The notes under the pieces are model-generated. The model saw only the letters and a program-made list of their open reading frames with translations. It searched no databases and was not told where the DNA came from. DNA of 63,424 nucleotides, the filler included. It is 5 parts of 5 records of this genome, joined end to end, with 100 filler letters (N's around TTAATTAATTAA, not from the genome) between each part and the next. Parts side by side here need not be neighbours in the genome. Positions count along the whole stretch, not along the records: positions 1 to 13,821 come from SRR31156797_10208; 4 more parts are not named here. One strand, given 5' to 3'. Both the position numbers and the translations under genes were made by a program. Shown here piece after piece: positions 1-8,846 of the stretch. Numbering within the stretch: the first letter of the stretch is position 1; the number at the start of each line of letters is the position of its first letter.

Positions 1-24
1 AGGTGCCCGATAGGGCGGATGAGG
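1..24. repeat. Truncated GC-rich palindromic repeat (REP-like) at the contig edge
   Basis: AGGTGCCCGATAGGGCGGATGAGG contains the hairpin GCCC-GATA-GGGC. It is GC-rich in an AT-rich contig and the assembly breaks inside it. Confidence 0.4.
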
Positions 25-170
25 TCTGTTTAGTTTTTAACTTTCTAAGAGAACTCAAGTCCTATTACACTTAAAGTATACCCTATTTAATATTGCATTT
101 GAATGTCTAATATTTACTGAAATATACAGAAAATTAGCTTTTGTATCCTATAACCATCAAAAAAAGATAA

Positions 171-210
171 CAGACTAAATAGATTTTTATTCAACACTCT
201 ATTTAGTCTG
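171..210 (-). terminator. Intrinsic terminator of the 222-1484 gene
   Basis: 13-bp inverted repeat CAGACTAAATAGA/TCTATTTAGTCTG just past the stop. An A-run near 160-165 gives a U-rich tail on the minus strand. Confidence 0.65.
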
Positions 211-221
211 CTTTTATATAA

Positions 222-1484
222 CTATCTATTTTTAATTAATTCTCTTACCATATCTGTCCACTCAACTAACTTTTTCCTTGGATCTCCTTTTCCAAAAGTT
301 CCACCTATATTTAGTACAATTTCTAATGGAGAATTAGATTCTTTAGTTGCTTGAAGCACCTTAGATATCTCATTTTTTGCAGAATCTATATCCCATGGGT
401 CATTAATAAACGGTACTCCTGCAGCTCTATAACTATATACATAGTCACTCTTTATCTCTTTCGCGGCAAGTTCCACATCACACCACTCACTTATAGAAAC
501 TTTTCTAGTATTCGGTAATGCTTTGATTAACTCAACTTTTTTATCGAGAGTTTCACAACAACCAACGTTAATATATTTGAACATATCCATAATCTGCTTA
601 TCATATTTCATACTAAAATCATCATGCATAGCACCAGATACACAGTTACAAACCTCTGCACATGTGAATCCCCATGAATCTGCAAGAGTCGTTTCATGTA
701 ATGAACTCTCTGACGAGTCTTTCCAACCTCCCATTCCAGAGATATATCTCAAACCAGCTGAACCAAGTGGATCAGATTTATCTGCAACTCCCCAAATACC
801 TGCTTCTTCCATTAAAGTAAATCTCTTTTTATAGTTGTCCGTTATTCTCTGTAGAGCTTCATGCATCCAGTCAGGTTTCATAACCATATCCATATAAGTA
901 TTTTCCATTCCTCTAAGCCAAGAGTATTCATCTACAACTTTTGCGGCAAAATAGTGAGGTCTTTTGACAACTGATAAGAAATCTCCAAATATTTCTAATG
1001 CTTCCAATCTATTTTTCTCAGTTGCTTCTCTATCGTAGTGAAGAATAGGATCAGTTATTTTCTCTATATCACTATCCTCTATCAGGACAGGTATAAACTC
1101 ATGTGCTCCATCCTCAGCACCCTCTGCCCATCTTTTTTCAACTTTCAAGTCTGGATATTCCTCTATCCATGCTTCAACATTGTAGTAAATTACCGGTTCT
1201 ACAACATTGTCATCATCAATATATTTTGCAAAGTATATTTTTCTATTTAGGTATTCCTCATAATATCTAGCTCTTTCACTTGTACACTTATACTCACTGT
1301 CTGGAAATATCTCCTTAAGTGATATTTCCCATAGATGAGTCATAAAGACAGGTTCACAAGTATAATCTAAATCATTAATTCTAGTCCATTTTTCAATCTT
1401 TGCTATATTTTTTTTGCTCTTTGAAAGTTCTAAAACTTCCTTTGCTAACTCTCTCAATATTACTTTTTCATTCTCTAAAATCAT
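222..1484 (-). CDS. Uroporphyrinogen decarboxylase / MtaA-CmuA-like TIM-barrel protein, function unknown
   Basis: 420 aa with a strong AGGAGG RBS. Motifs WLRGMENTYMDMVMKPDWMHEAL, VSGAMHDDF and GCCE resemble URO-D/methylcobamide methyltransferase superfamily members. Confidence 0.55.
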   Translation of the reverse strand: MILENEKVILRELAKEVLELSKSKKNIAKIEKWTRINDLDYTCEPVFMTHLWEISLKEIFPDSEYKCTSERARYYEEYLNRKIYFAKYIDDDNVVEPVIYYNVEAWIEEYPDLKVEKRWAEGAEDGAHEFIPVLIEDSDIEKITDPILHYDREATEKNRLEALEIFGDFLSVVKRPHYFAAKVVDEYSWLRGMENTYMDMVMKPDWMHEALQRITDNYKKRFTLMEEAGIWGVADKSDPLGSAGLRYISGMGGWKDSSESSLHETTLADSWGFTCAEVCNCVSGAMHDDFSMKYDKQIMDMFKYINVGCCETLDKKVELIKALPNTRKVSISEWCDVELAAKEIKSDYVYSYRAAGVPFINDPWDIDSAKNEISKVLQATKESNSPLEIVLNIGGTFGKGDPRKKLVEWTDMVRELIKNR

Positions 1485-1541
1485 AATAATCCTCCTACTC
1501 TAATATATTGATATAATTATAACTTTTAACTACTAGTAAAT

Positions 1542-1579
1542 GAATGAACAAACTTATCTAAAATATATAAAAAATTAAC
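1542..1579 (-). promoter_or_regulatory. Putative AraC tandem binding site, copy 1
   Basis: 38-bp element 30/38 identical to 5086-5123, with half-sites at a 21-bp period. It lies about 20 bp upstream of a minus-strand TATAAT (1521-1516). Confidence 0.6.
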
Positions 1580-1769
1580 TTTATTAATTCTATAATTTAT
1601 ATAAAAATAAAAGAGTTTGCATTTATATTAGTTTTGGACTATACTGATATTATATAGTAAAATCATTGTTTTTTAATTGTTACTCAAGAGAATTCATTAT
1701 AATTCTAATAAAGAATCGTGAGGCTATCAATATATATAAAACAAACTTAAGCATATATAGGAGAAACAT

Positions 1770-2582
1770 ATGGAAAATATGAATTTTAAAATATTAGGCG
1801 GTAATTATGGAACTTATTATAAACAGTGGACATTAGATGCTCCAAATGGTGCGCCACACTATAATCTATACTATATTGCTGATGGATATGGTGAAATCAT
1901 TGTAGATGATAAGATATGTAAACTAGAAAAAGGAAAAGTTTATTATATAAATGGTTATAAAATCAGAAAATATATCTGTGATGAAAGTATAGAGATATAT
2001 TGGGTTCACTTTACACCTGAATCACTATTTATAAATCTATACCTAACTCATTTACCACCAATTTATTCATGGGATATAAATAGCAGCACTATTCCAAACT
2101 TTGATTATACTATAATTAAAAAAGCATTTATATTTGAAGAATCAAAGCCAAAAGGTATATTAGAAGATGAAATGTATATCAACTCTTTTCTTTTAACACT
2201 TATTTCTGATTTTATTCAAAAAGAAAAAAAAGATGCAAAAAATTTATCGTTTGAAAATTATAAAAAACTTAAACCTTCCATAGATTTTATGGATATAAAT
2301 TACCGAGAAAACCTAAGTCTTGACGAAATTTCTGCGAAATCATTTCTAAGTTCGATATACTTTCTTAGACTATTTAAAAATACGTTTAATATAACTCCAC
2401 ATCAATATTTAATAAGTAAAAAAATGAGAGAAGCATGTACTCTTCTCTCCAGAACTGATTTATCTATTGAGAGCATTGCTATGGAACTGAAATTTTGCAA
2501 TCAATTTTATTTCTCTAGACTTTTTAAAAAAACATTCAAGATTACGCCGAGCCAATATAGAAAAACAAAATTTTTACCATAA
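1770..2582 (+). CDS. AraC family transcriptional regulator
   Basis: N-terminal cupin-like ligand domain and a C-terminal double HTH (YFLRLFKNTFNITPHQY...YFSRLFKKTFKITPSQYR). Confidence 0.95.
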   Translation: MENMNFKILGGNYGTYYKQWTLDAPNGAPHYNLYYIADGYGEIIVDDKICKLEKGKVYYINGYKIRKYICDESIEIYWVHFTPESLFINLYLTHLPPIYSWDINSSTIPNFDYTIIKKAFIFEESKPKGILEDEMYINSFLLTLISDFIQKEKKDAKNLSFENYKKLKPSIDFMDINYRENLSLDEISAKSFLSSIYFLRLFKNTFNITPHQYLISKKMREACTLLSRTDLSIESIAMELKFCNQFYFSRLFKKTFKITPSQYRKTKFLP

Positions 2583-2587
2583 TATAT

Positions 2588-2629
2588 AAAATTAGCCGAT
2601 TTCCTTTCTTCGGGAAATCAGTTAATTTT
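2588..2629. terminator. Bidirectional terminator between convergent araC and GH2
   Basis: Imperfect hairpin AAATTAGCCGATTTCC...GGAAATCAGTTAATTT between the two stop codons. Confidence 0.65.
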
Positions 2630-2645
2630 ATTTTAACTATATTTT

Positions 2646-5006
2646 TTAATAATCATAATCATTCCATTTTTCTGGAAAATATCTATAGAAACCAGGCATC
2701 TCTTTCTCTCTTTTGTCTGCATCAAGTCTCATCTCTTTACATCTTTGTTTTGCTTCTTCCTGATTTCCAATTAGTAACACATAATTATTTTCTGCTAAAG
2801 TAGTTTTATTTTCGTCTAATAATTTTATATTAACAGTAAAGTTTTTCCCTTCTGGAGTTTCGGTTTCGATATCTAAAAATTTCTGTGAGCTATTTTCCTC
2901 TATTTCAGAAACTAATTCTTCATTAGAAAATATAAGTTCATTTTTATCACTTAATATTTCATATGAAATTCTGGTATTTTTATGACTTTTATATAAGTCA
3001 TTAACTATCCAAATAGAGGCTTCAAATTTTTCATCCTTCCATCTTCTTTTCTTAAACTCTAGGCTTATTAAAAGCGGCGCATATGTTCTTTTAACATAAT
3101 CAAAGCATAATTTTTTATCCCCATAATAGTCAACTATACCCCATTTGATATCTGGCCAATGAGTTATAAAGTGGCAAAATGCAACTCCACTGTTAAATGG
3201 TTTTCTTCTCCTATAGTGTTCCAATGCATATTGATACACTATACCGTGTGCATGTTGAGTAGAGTTCACAAACTCTTCCAAAGACCCCATTTTAACATCA
3301 TCAAAAACTTCAACATTTAATATCTTTAGTAAATCTATATCTGCCCAATGATAGGCCCAGCTCATTCCCATTGGCCATAACTCATCCTCAGGAATAAATT
3401 TATGTAAACTCTCAACACTAGGTGCTGAGGCTCCAGTTAATTCTGGAATAATACAGCAATCTAAGCTTGGATAATACTCCTCCATAAATACATGACCAGC
3501 ACCATAATAGTGTTCATTTGCATGCTGTGACTCTTTTGGTTTATAACCCATCTTAACTCCCGTTTCATTACTGAGAGGCGATGCTAACCCGTAAGCTGTA
3601 TTAGTGTACTTCTTAATCTCTTCCCCTATCATTGACATAAGTTTTTTGTTTCCGCTAAGAGCATGTGCATCAGTAAATGATACTTCCTCTCCTCCCATCC
3701 AAAATATAGCAGATGGATGATTCCTTCTCTCCTTTACAATCTCCATACATTCACTAATCATCTCTTTCGCAAAAGGTAACTCTTTTCTAATAACATTGGT
3801 TGAAAAAGTAAAATTAGTCCAAACAGTTATACCTAACTCATCGCATAGTCTATAAAATTCAGGAATTTCGGGCGGGTGCCATCCGAATATTCTTAAATGG
3901 TTTATATTAGCTTCTTTAACTAGATTTAATAAATATTCATACTTCTTTTCACTGTTTTTTCCATATAGAAGTGATGGTTGTCCTCCCCAACAAGCTCCTC
4001 TCAAATATGTTTTTTTGCCGTTAATTACAAATGTCCAAGGATTTTCAGCTTCGTCTTCTGCATAACCAGGATTCATCTCCATCTTAACTTCTCTAATACC
4101 AAATGTCTCATCTATCTCATCTAATATTTTATCATTATCACATATTTTGATATTTACATTATGAAGGTTTTGCTCCCCCAAATCCCAAGGCCACCACAAT
4201 TTTGCATTTTCAATATCTATATCCATCTTTATTCTATTTTCTCCTGAGCAAATCAAACTATCTATTGATTTTTTGATAGCTTTAGTCTCGCAATTTTTTC
4301 CGGTTATTGTTAGTTCAATTTGCTTTAACTTTGATTCAACTATTTCACTTTTAACTATAAAATCAAAGTTAACTGTAGACACCTTTTCTCCTATAGTTGA
4401 TTCAATTCTCAAGTCTTCAACAGTATAGTTTGAATGGGCTACTATTTTTACAGGTCTCCAGATTCCAAACGGAACCAAACCTGTGTGATAATCACCGTTG
4501 TAGTTAAACTTCATACCTGCAACTTTTTCAAAGTTTCTTGGTGGTGGATCTAATCTAAGCATTAGAATATTAGAACCTCCAAACCAATTTTCAAAGTTTA
4601 CATATTTACTAATATCAAATTTGAAGCTTGAAAACATCCCTTCATGAGATCCCAGTTCATAACCATTAAACCAAACGCTACAACTGTAGTCAACACCTTC
4701 AAACATTAAATCAATTATCTTTCCTTTCATCTCATTCGGCACATTGAACTTGCACATATACCAGTACTCCTGCTCCTGAACCCATTTCATCTTATGCATA
4801 TTTTGACCAAAAAATGGGTCATCTATCTCTCCTACTCTTTGTAAATCAGTATATACATCACCAGGAACTTTAACATAGTTCCAGTTAAATGCTGCTCCTT
4901 GACGTTCACAAGGAATTTTATGAAACTCTTCCAATATTCCTTGTCCCGGCCGTATATGTTCGCATTGCCATTTTTCATTTGATAAATTCAAAATCACTCT
5001 ACTCAT
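2646..5006 (-). CDS. Glycoside hydrolase family 2 (beta-mannosidase/beta-galactosidase-like)
   Basis: Motifs FEGVDY...HEGMF, WWPWDLGEQ, FGIRE, NHLRIFGW, FYRLCDELGI and RRNHPS..WMGGEE. No signal peptide, so probably cytoplasmic. Confidence 0.9.
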   Translation of the reverse strand: MSRVILNLSNEKWQCEHIRPGQGILEEFHKIPCERQGAAFNWNYVKVPGDVYTDLQRVGEIDDPFFGQNMHKMKWVQEQEYWYMCKFNVPNEMKGKIIDLMFEGVDYSCSVWFNGYELGSHEGMFSSFKFDISKYVNFENWFGGSNILMLRLDPPPRNFEKVAGMKFNYNGDYHTGLVPFGIWRPVKIVAHSNYTVEDLRIESTIGEKVSTVNFDFIVKSEIVESKLKQIELTITGKNCETKAIKKSIDSLICSGENRIKMDIDIENAKLWWPWDLGEQNLHNVNIKICDNDKILDEIDETFGIREVKMEMNPGYAEDEAENPWTFVINGKKTYLRGACWGGQPSLLYGKNSEKKYEYLLNLVKEANINHLRIFGWHPPEIPEFYRLCDELGITVWTNFTFSTNVIRKELPFAKEMISECMEIVKERRNHPSAIFWMGGEEVSFTDAHALSGNKKLMSMIGEEIKKYTNTAYGLASPLSNETGVKMGYKPKESQHANEHYYGAGHVFMEEYYPSLDCCIIPELTGASAPSVESLHKFIPEDELWPMGMSWAYHWADIDLLKILNVEVFDDVKMGSLEEFVNSTQHAHGIVYQYALEHYRRRKPFNSGVAFCHFITHWPDIKWGIVDYYGDKKLCFDYVKRTYAPLLISLEFKKRRWKDEKFEASIWIVNDLYKSHKNTRISYEILSDKNELIFSNEELVSEIEENSSQKFLDIETETPEGKNFTVNIKLLDENKTTLAENNYVLLIGNQEEAKQRCKEMRLDADKREKEMPGFYRYFPEKWNDYDY

Positions 5007-5085
5007 CTTTTCCTCCTATGTATTTTTTTATAGTTAGTATACTCTGCTTAGATGATTTAAGTTTATTACTTTTTAGTGCAAAACA

Positions 5086-5123
5086 GAATAAACAAAACTG
5101 ACAAAAATATACACAAAATTAAC
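5086..5123 (-). promoter_or_regulatory. Putative AraC tandem binding site, copy 2
   Basis: ATAAACAAAACTGAC / ATACACAAAATTAAC direct repeats 21 bp apart. Spacing to a -10 (TAAACT, 5065-5060) is the same as for copy 1. Confidence 0.6.
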
Positions 5124-5227
5124 CTATCAACAAACACCTCCGCTTAATCACTTTATTTTAAAGAGTTTTATTTTGTTATAATTTTAATAATAAATATATA
5201 ATTTATTTTTCCAAGACACATAAAAAC

Positions 5228-5297
5228 AAAAAAGAGCCTAACATTATGTCAGACTCATGATTATTCTCTATTCTTACCATTTAAAATTTGTTAATAG
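5228..5297. repeat. ~70-bp direct repeat, copy A (degenerate terminator hairpin plus the 3' end of the small ORF)
   Basis: AAAAAAGAGCCTAACATTATGTCAGACTC...TTACCATTTAAAATTTGTTAATAG aligns with 6825-6895. Confidence 0.85.
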
Positions 5298-5401
5298 TTT
5301 TGCACTCACATTTAATCTCTAAACCCCAGCTAGGAAAATGTTGATTCGGTAGATTGAGTTTAAAGCTATTCAAAGAGTAATAATGCAAAAAAGCTAAAAG
5401 G

Positions 5402-6616
5402 TTAAAAAGTACTTCTACAAATACGAAAGCCAAGACCATCGTAGCTGCTCGATGGAATACTGTAGTCACGGCTAGCAACAGCACTGTAATAAGCCTGAAG
5501 ATACCAACTACCACCACGAGCGAAACGCTTCATAGCCATCTCTGCCATATATGGGTTTATGCTGCTTCTATTCTTATATTTACTTTTATCATCATCGACA
5601 TACCCATCCTGCACCCATTCCAATACATTTCCACTCATGTCATATATTCCTAATTCATTTGATTGTTTTGTACCTACTTTATGAGTTCTTCCATTATTTA
5701 ACATTATTTTATCAAGTTCCCAATATCCTGTTAAATACTCATCTCCTGAGTTTTGCCAGTACCATGACACGCTCTCACAACTATCACTTCCGCTATACTT
5801 GTAGCCTTTTGAGCTATTTCCACCTCTTGCAGCAAACTCCCATTCAGCCTCAGTAGGTAGTCGATACCCCTCTACTTTTGTTGTATCTATTGTCACATTT
5901 CCATATCTATCCAGAAGTTCCCCTGTTCTATTGTATGCAGGTTCTAATCCTTCTAATTCACTAAGTTCGTTACAAAAGTTTATTGCATCAAACCAAGTAA
6001 CCTTTTCTACAGGTAGATTATCCCCTTTGAAATATGATGGGGTATTTCCTATTACTGCTTGATATTCTTTCTGTGTGACCTCATATTTACCAATCACAAA
6101 ACTACTTACTGTTATTTCTTTTTCTTCATAATATGAATCTTTTCCCATTTTAAAAGTTCCACCGGATACTCTTACCAGATTACTTTTTATTCCTGTAATA
6201 ATTCCTGCTTTGGTATTTATTTTTTTCTTACTCAATTCATTTACATACTTTCCATTTGGATATTCTCTTAAATAACTTTCTATCTCATTAATGGTTGTTG
6301 CTTTCTTGAAATAGTACTCTTCTGTGTATTTTTTTTCTAATTTAATATCCAATAGCTGAATCATATCAAAACTCAATACTCTTTGCTCATGTCTATAATA
6401 CCAATAACTTCCATCTTCGTTTTCTTTTTTAAACTCCATTACATAAAATCCTTTTGGCAGAATAATCTCTATTGGTCGCCCTGTATAAACTGGTCCCTCT
6501 TCATCATTAATAAATAATGTTACTCCTACTTGATCAGCTTCAATTTTAAAGTGAGTATCTGTAAAAGATACTATGCTGAAAATCAATAATGACAGTAGAA
6601 TTAATAGTTTTTTCAT
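5402..6616 (-). CDS. Exported FGE-sulfatase (SUMF1-like, C-type lectin fold) domain protein with a PEGA-like N-terminus; possible DGR target
   Basis: Signal peptide. Motifs GKYEVTQKEY, PVEKVTWFDA, YRLPTEAEWEFAARGG, NELGIYDMSGNVLEW and RGGSW...LGFR. Confidence 0.85.
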   Translation of the reverse strand: MKKLLILLSLLIFSIVSFTDTHFKIEADQVGVTLFINDEEGPVYTGRPIEIILPKGFYVMEFKKENEDGSYWYYRHEQRVLSFDMIQLLDIKLEKKYTEEYYFKKATTINEIESYLREYPNGKYVNELSKKKINTKAGIITGIKSNLVRVSGGTFKMGKDSYYEEKEITVSSFVIGKYEVTQKEYQAVIGNTPSYFKGDNLPVEKVTWFDAINFCNELSELEGLEPAYNRTGELLDRYGNVTIDTTKVEGYRLPTEAEWEFAARGGNSSKGYKYSGSDSCESVSWYWQNSGDEYLTGYWELDKIMLNNGRTHKVGTKQSNELGIYDMSGNVLEWVQDGYVDDDKSKYKNRSSINPYMAEMAMKRFARGGSWYLQAYYSAVASRDYSIPSSSYDGLGFRICRSTF

Positions 6617-6824
6617 GTCTTCATCTCCCTTTTTTATGGTTTCTGATTACATACTCTGTTTTTTCTTTTCGTCTTATATAACTTAGCGCATCGATAATCC
6701 ACTTAAAACATCTTATCTAAGACATCTATATTATATTATTTTTATAATCTTTAAACAATTATTTTAGTATTTTAAAATACGTAATTCCATTTATTATTTT
6801 TCTATCTTATTTATTATAAAATTA

Positions 6825-6895
6825 AAAAAAGAGTCTGAACATTATGTCAGACTCTAGGTTGCTCTCTATTATTACCATTTAAAAGTTGTTAATAG
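6825..6895. repeat. ~70-bp direct repeat, copy B, containing the terminator hairpin GAGTCTGA-N8-TCAGACTC
   Basis: Perfect 8-bp stem at 6831-6854 preceded by an A-run (U-tail on the minus strand). It terminates eda-kdgK-sORF and matches 5228-5297. Confidence 0.85.
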
Positions 6896-7018
6896 AATAT
6901 GAATTATTTTAAGTATATAATTTTGCTTCACTGATTTTTCAAATTCTTGAAGTAGTATTTTATTCGTAGCAACTATTAACACTAATACTATTATCAGTAG
7001 CAACTTATTTTCATTCAT
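6872..7018 (-). CDS. Unannotated 48-aa small protein with a hydrophobic N-terminal helix
   Basis: AAGGAGG RBS upstream of the ATG at 7018. Sequence MNENKLLLIIVLVLIVATNKILLQEFEKSVKQNYILKIIHILLTTFKW, ending TAA TAA TAG and followed by a terminator. It is below the ORF-track length cutoff. Confidence 0.5.
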   Translation of the reverse strand: MNENKLLLIIVLVLIVATNKILLQEFEKSVKQNYILKIIHILLTTFKW

Positions 7019-7068
7019 AACACTACCCTCCTTAACTACTCTTAAATGCAAATCATTTGATAACTTAC

Positions 7069-8073
7069 TTATCTTCCAACTTCAAAACTTTTGCTTTTAA
7101 AGAGACTCTCAATCTCTTCTTTTGATGTCATATTAATATCTCCGTGAATAGTGTGTTTTAATGCTCCTGATGCAGTTGCAAATTCTATCTTATACTCATC
7201 ACACGGAAAGTTTAGATAACTATAAATAAATCCACTTGTAAATGCATCTCCGCTACCTACTCTGTCAATTATATCTATCTCATATTTTGTGCTTTCTATT
7301 ATTTGTTTTCCGTTGTAACATAAGCCTCTATAAGAGTTTTTTGATGCCGAGTTTACTTCTCTAATAGTTGAAACTATATACTCGAAGCCATATTTTTTCA
7401 TAACTTTTGGATATAAATCTTTGTATATATCCATCAAGCTCTCTTCTTTGCTCTCAAAACCTAAAATATTTGTAAAATCTAGATAACCTGCCAGAGCTAT
7501 ATCTACATATTTTAGTATTTTTTCAAATGCAACTTTTGCTTCATCTAATGACCACAGTTTACTTCTATAATTAAAGTCAAAACTTACTTTTATCTCTCTC
7601 TTTTTAGCTTCTTTCATAAATGCTTCTGCTAATTTAAAAGTATCCTCACTTACGGCAAGTGTAATCCCACAAACATGGAATATTGATACACCTTCAAATA
7701 TCGCGTCTAAATCAAATTCATCAATTGATACTTTTGAAAAAGATGAATTTTTTCTATCATAAACTACTTTACTGTTTCTTACTGAGTAACCGGGCTCCAG
7801 AAAATAAATCCCTAATCGTTCTCCACCTTTTGCTATATAGTCAGTATTTACACCATAGCTATTTAGAATTCTAATTCCTGCATCTCCAACTTCATTATCC
7901 GGTACTTTCGTAATTGCCGTTACATCTAAATCAAGCATTGATAAATTATTAGCTACATTAAGTTCTGCTCCCCCGTAATTAACATCAAAACTATCTGATC
8001 TAAGCAGTTTATCGTGATTAGGAGTTGAAAGCCGCATTAGCATCTCACCCATTGCTACAACTTTCTTTGCCAT
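7069..8073 (-). CDS. kdgK: 2-keto-3-deoxygluconate kinase (PfkB family)
   Basis: Motifs GEMLMRLS, YGGAELNVA, SFDFNYRSKLW and DRVGSGDAF. Abuts eda. Confidence 0.88.
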   Translation of the reverse strand: MAKKVVAMGEMLMRLSTPNHDKLLRSDSFDVNYGGAELNVANNLSMLDLDVTAITKVPDNEVGDAGIRILNSYGVNTDYIAKGGERLGIYFLEPGYSVRNSKVVYDRKNSSFSKVSIDEFDLDAIFEGVSIFHVCGITLAVSEDTFKLAEAFMKEAKKREIKVSFDFNYRSKLWSLDEAKVAFEKILKYVDIALAGYLDFTNILGFESKEESLMDIYKDLYPKVMKKYGFEYIVSTIREVNSASKNSYRGLCYNGKQIIESTKYEIDIIDRVGSGDAFTSGFIYSYLNFPCDEYKIEFATASGALKHTIHGDINMTSKEEIESLFKSKSFEVGR

Positions 8074-8712
8074 TTACTTCACTCCCTCTCTTACTTCTTT
8101 TATCTTCGTAACAAAAGCCTTTGATTTCTCGACTATTTCATTATATGATCCACTTGTTAGGCTTCCCCCTGCTCCACATGCAACTACCCCGTTTTTGATC
8201 CATTCTTCTACATTATCAATACTAACACCACCTGTAGGCATGATGTTTGCTTGAGGAATTGGCGCTTTAACTGCTTTAACAAATGAAGGACCAAATGCAC
8301 TTCCAGGGAATAATTTAATTACATCACAGCCAGCTTCCATTGCAGTCACTATCTCTGTGATAGTCATACATCCTGCCATATAAGGAACCTGATATCTATT
8401 ACAAAGTTTCGCAATTTCCAAGTGAAAAGACGGCGACACTATATACTCTGCTCCGGCTAATATTGCAATTCTTGCTGTTGCCGCATCTAATACACTTCCT
8501 GCTCCAACTAATAGCTTCTCAGCAGGAAGTGATTTTTTTAGTTCTGCAATAACTTCAGTTGCACCGGGAACTGTATATGTAACTTCAACTGCGGGAATAC
8601 CTCCCTCTACGCAGGCTTTTGATGCATTTACTGCTTCATGAATATTTTCTCCTCTAATTACAGCTACTATTCCAACATCTGCAATTTTTTTTAAAACTTC
8701 TATTTTTTTCAT
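8074..8712 (-). CDS. eda: KDPG/KHG aldolase
   Basis: Motifs VAVIRG, EVTYT, GAGSVLD, IKLFPG (Schiff-base Lys) and MPTGGV. Confidence 0.93.
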   Translation of the reverse strand: MKKIEVLKKIADVGIVAVIRGENIHEAVNASKACVEGGIPAVEVTYTVPGATEVIAELKKSLPAEKLLVGAGSVLDAATARIAILAGAEYIVSPSFHLEIAKLCNRYQVPYMAGCMTITEIVTAMEAGCDVIKLFPGSAFGPSFVKAVKAPIPQANIMPTGGVSIDNVEEWIKNGVVACGAGGSLTSGSYNEIVEKSKAFVTKIKEVREGVK

Positions 8713-8762
8713 TTCCGCTCCTTTTATTACTCTTTATAATATAAATTTTTTTATTTGCTCAA

Positions 8763-8846
8763 TTATTTAGTAGGAAATAAATTTAATAATTTTTGTAATA
8801 ATGATTTTTCTTTGCATTTACTTTTTAATAAAAAATAATATATCAT
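8763..8846 (-). CDS. Possible 27-aa upstream small ORF in the eda leader
   Basis: AGGAGG RBS 5 nt before the ATG at 8846. Sequence MIYYFLLKSKCKEKSLLQKLLNLFPTK. Confidence 0.3.
   Translation of the reverse strand: MIYYFLLKSKCKEKSLLQKLLNLFPTK

Noticed and set aside
5281-5517. 78-aa alternative-frame ORF overlapping the FGE 3' end
   Set aside because: It is a shadow ORF produced by the adenine-poor, stop-poor segment, with no RBS or recognisable motif.
5402-6616. True formylglycine-generating enzyme serving sulfatases of the agar locus
   Set aside because: It lacks the catalytic CxxxxC core of active FGE (it has GGSWYLQAYYS), it is exported, and no sulfatase is present in the contig.
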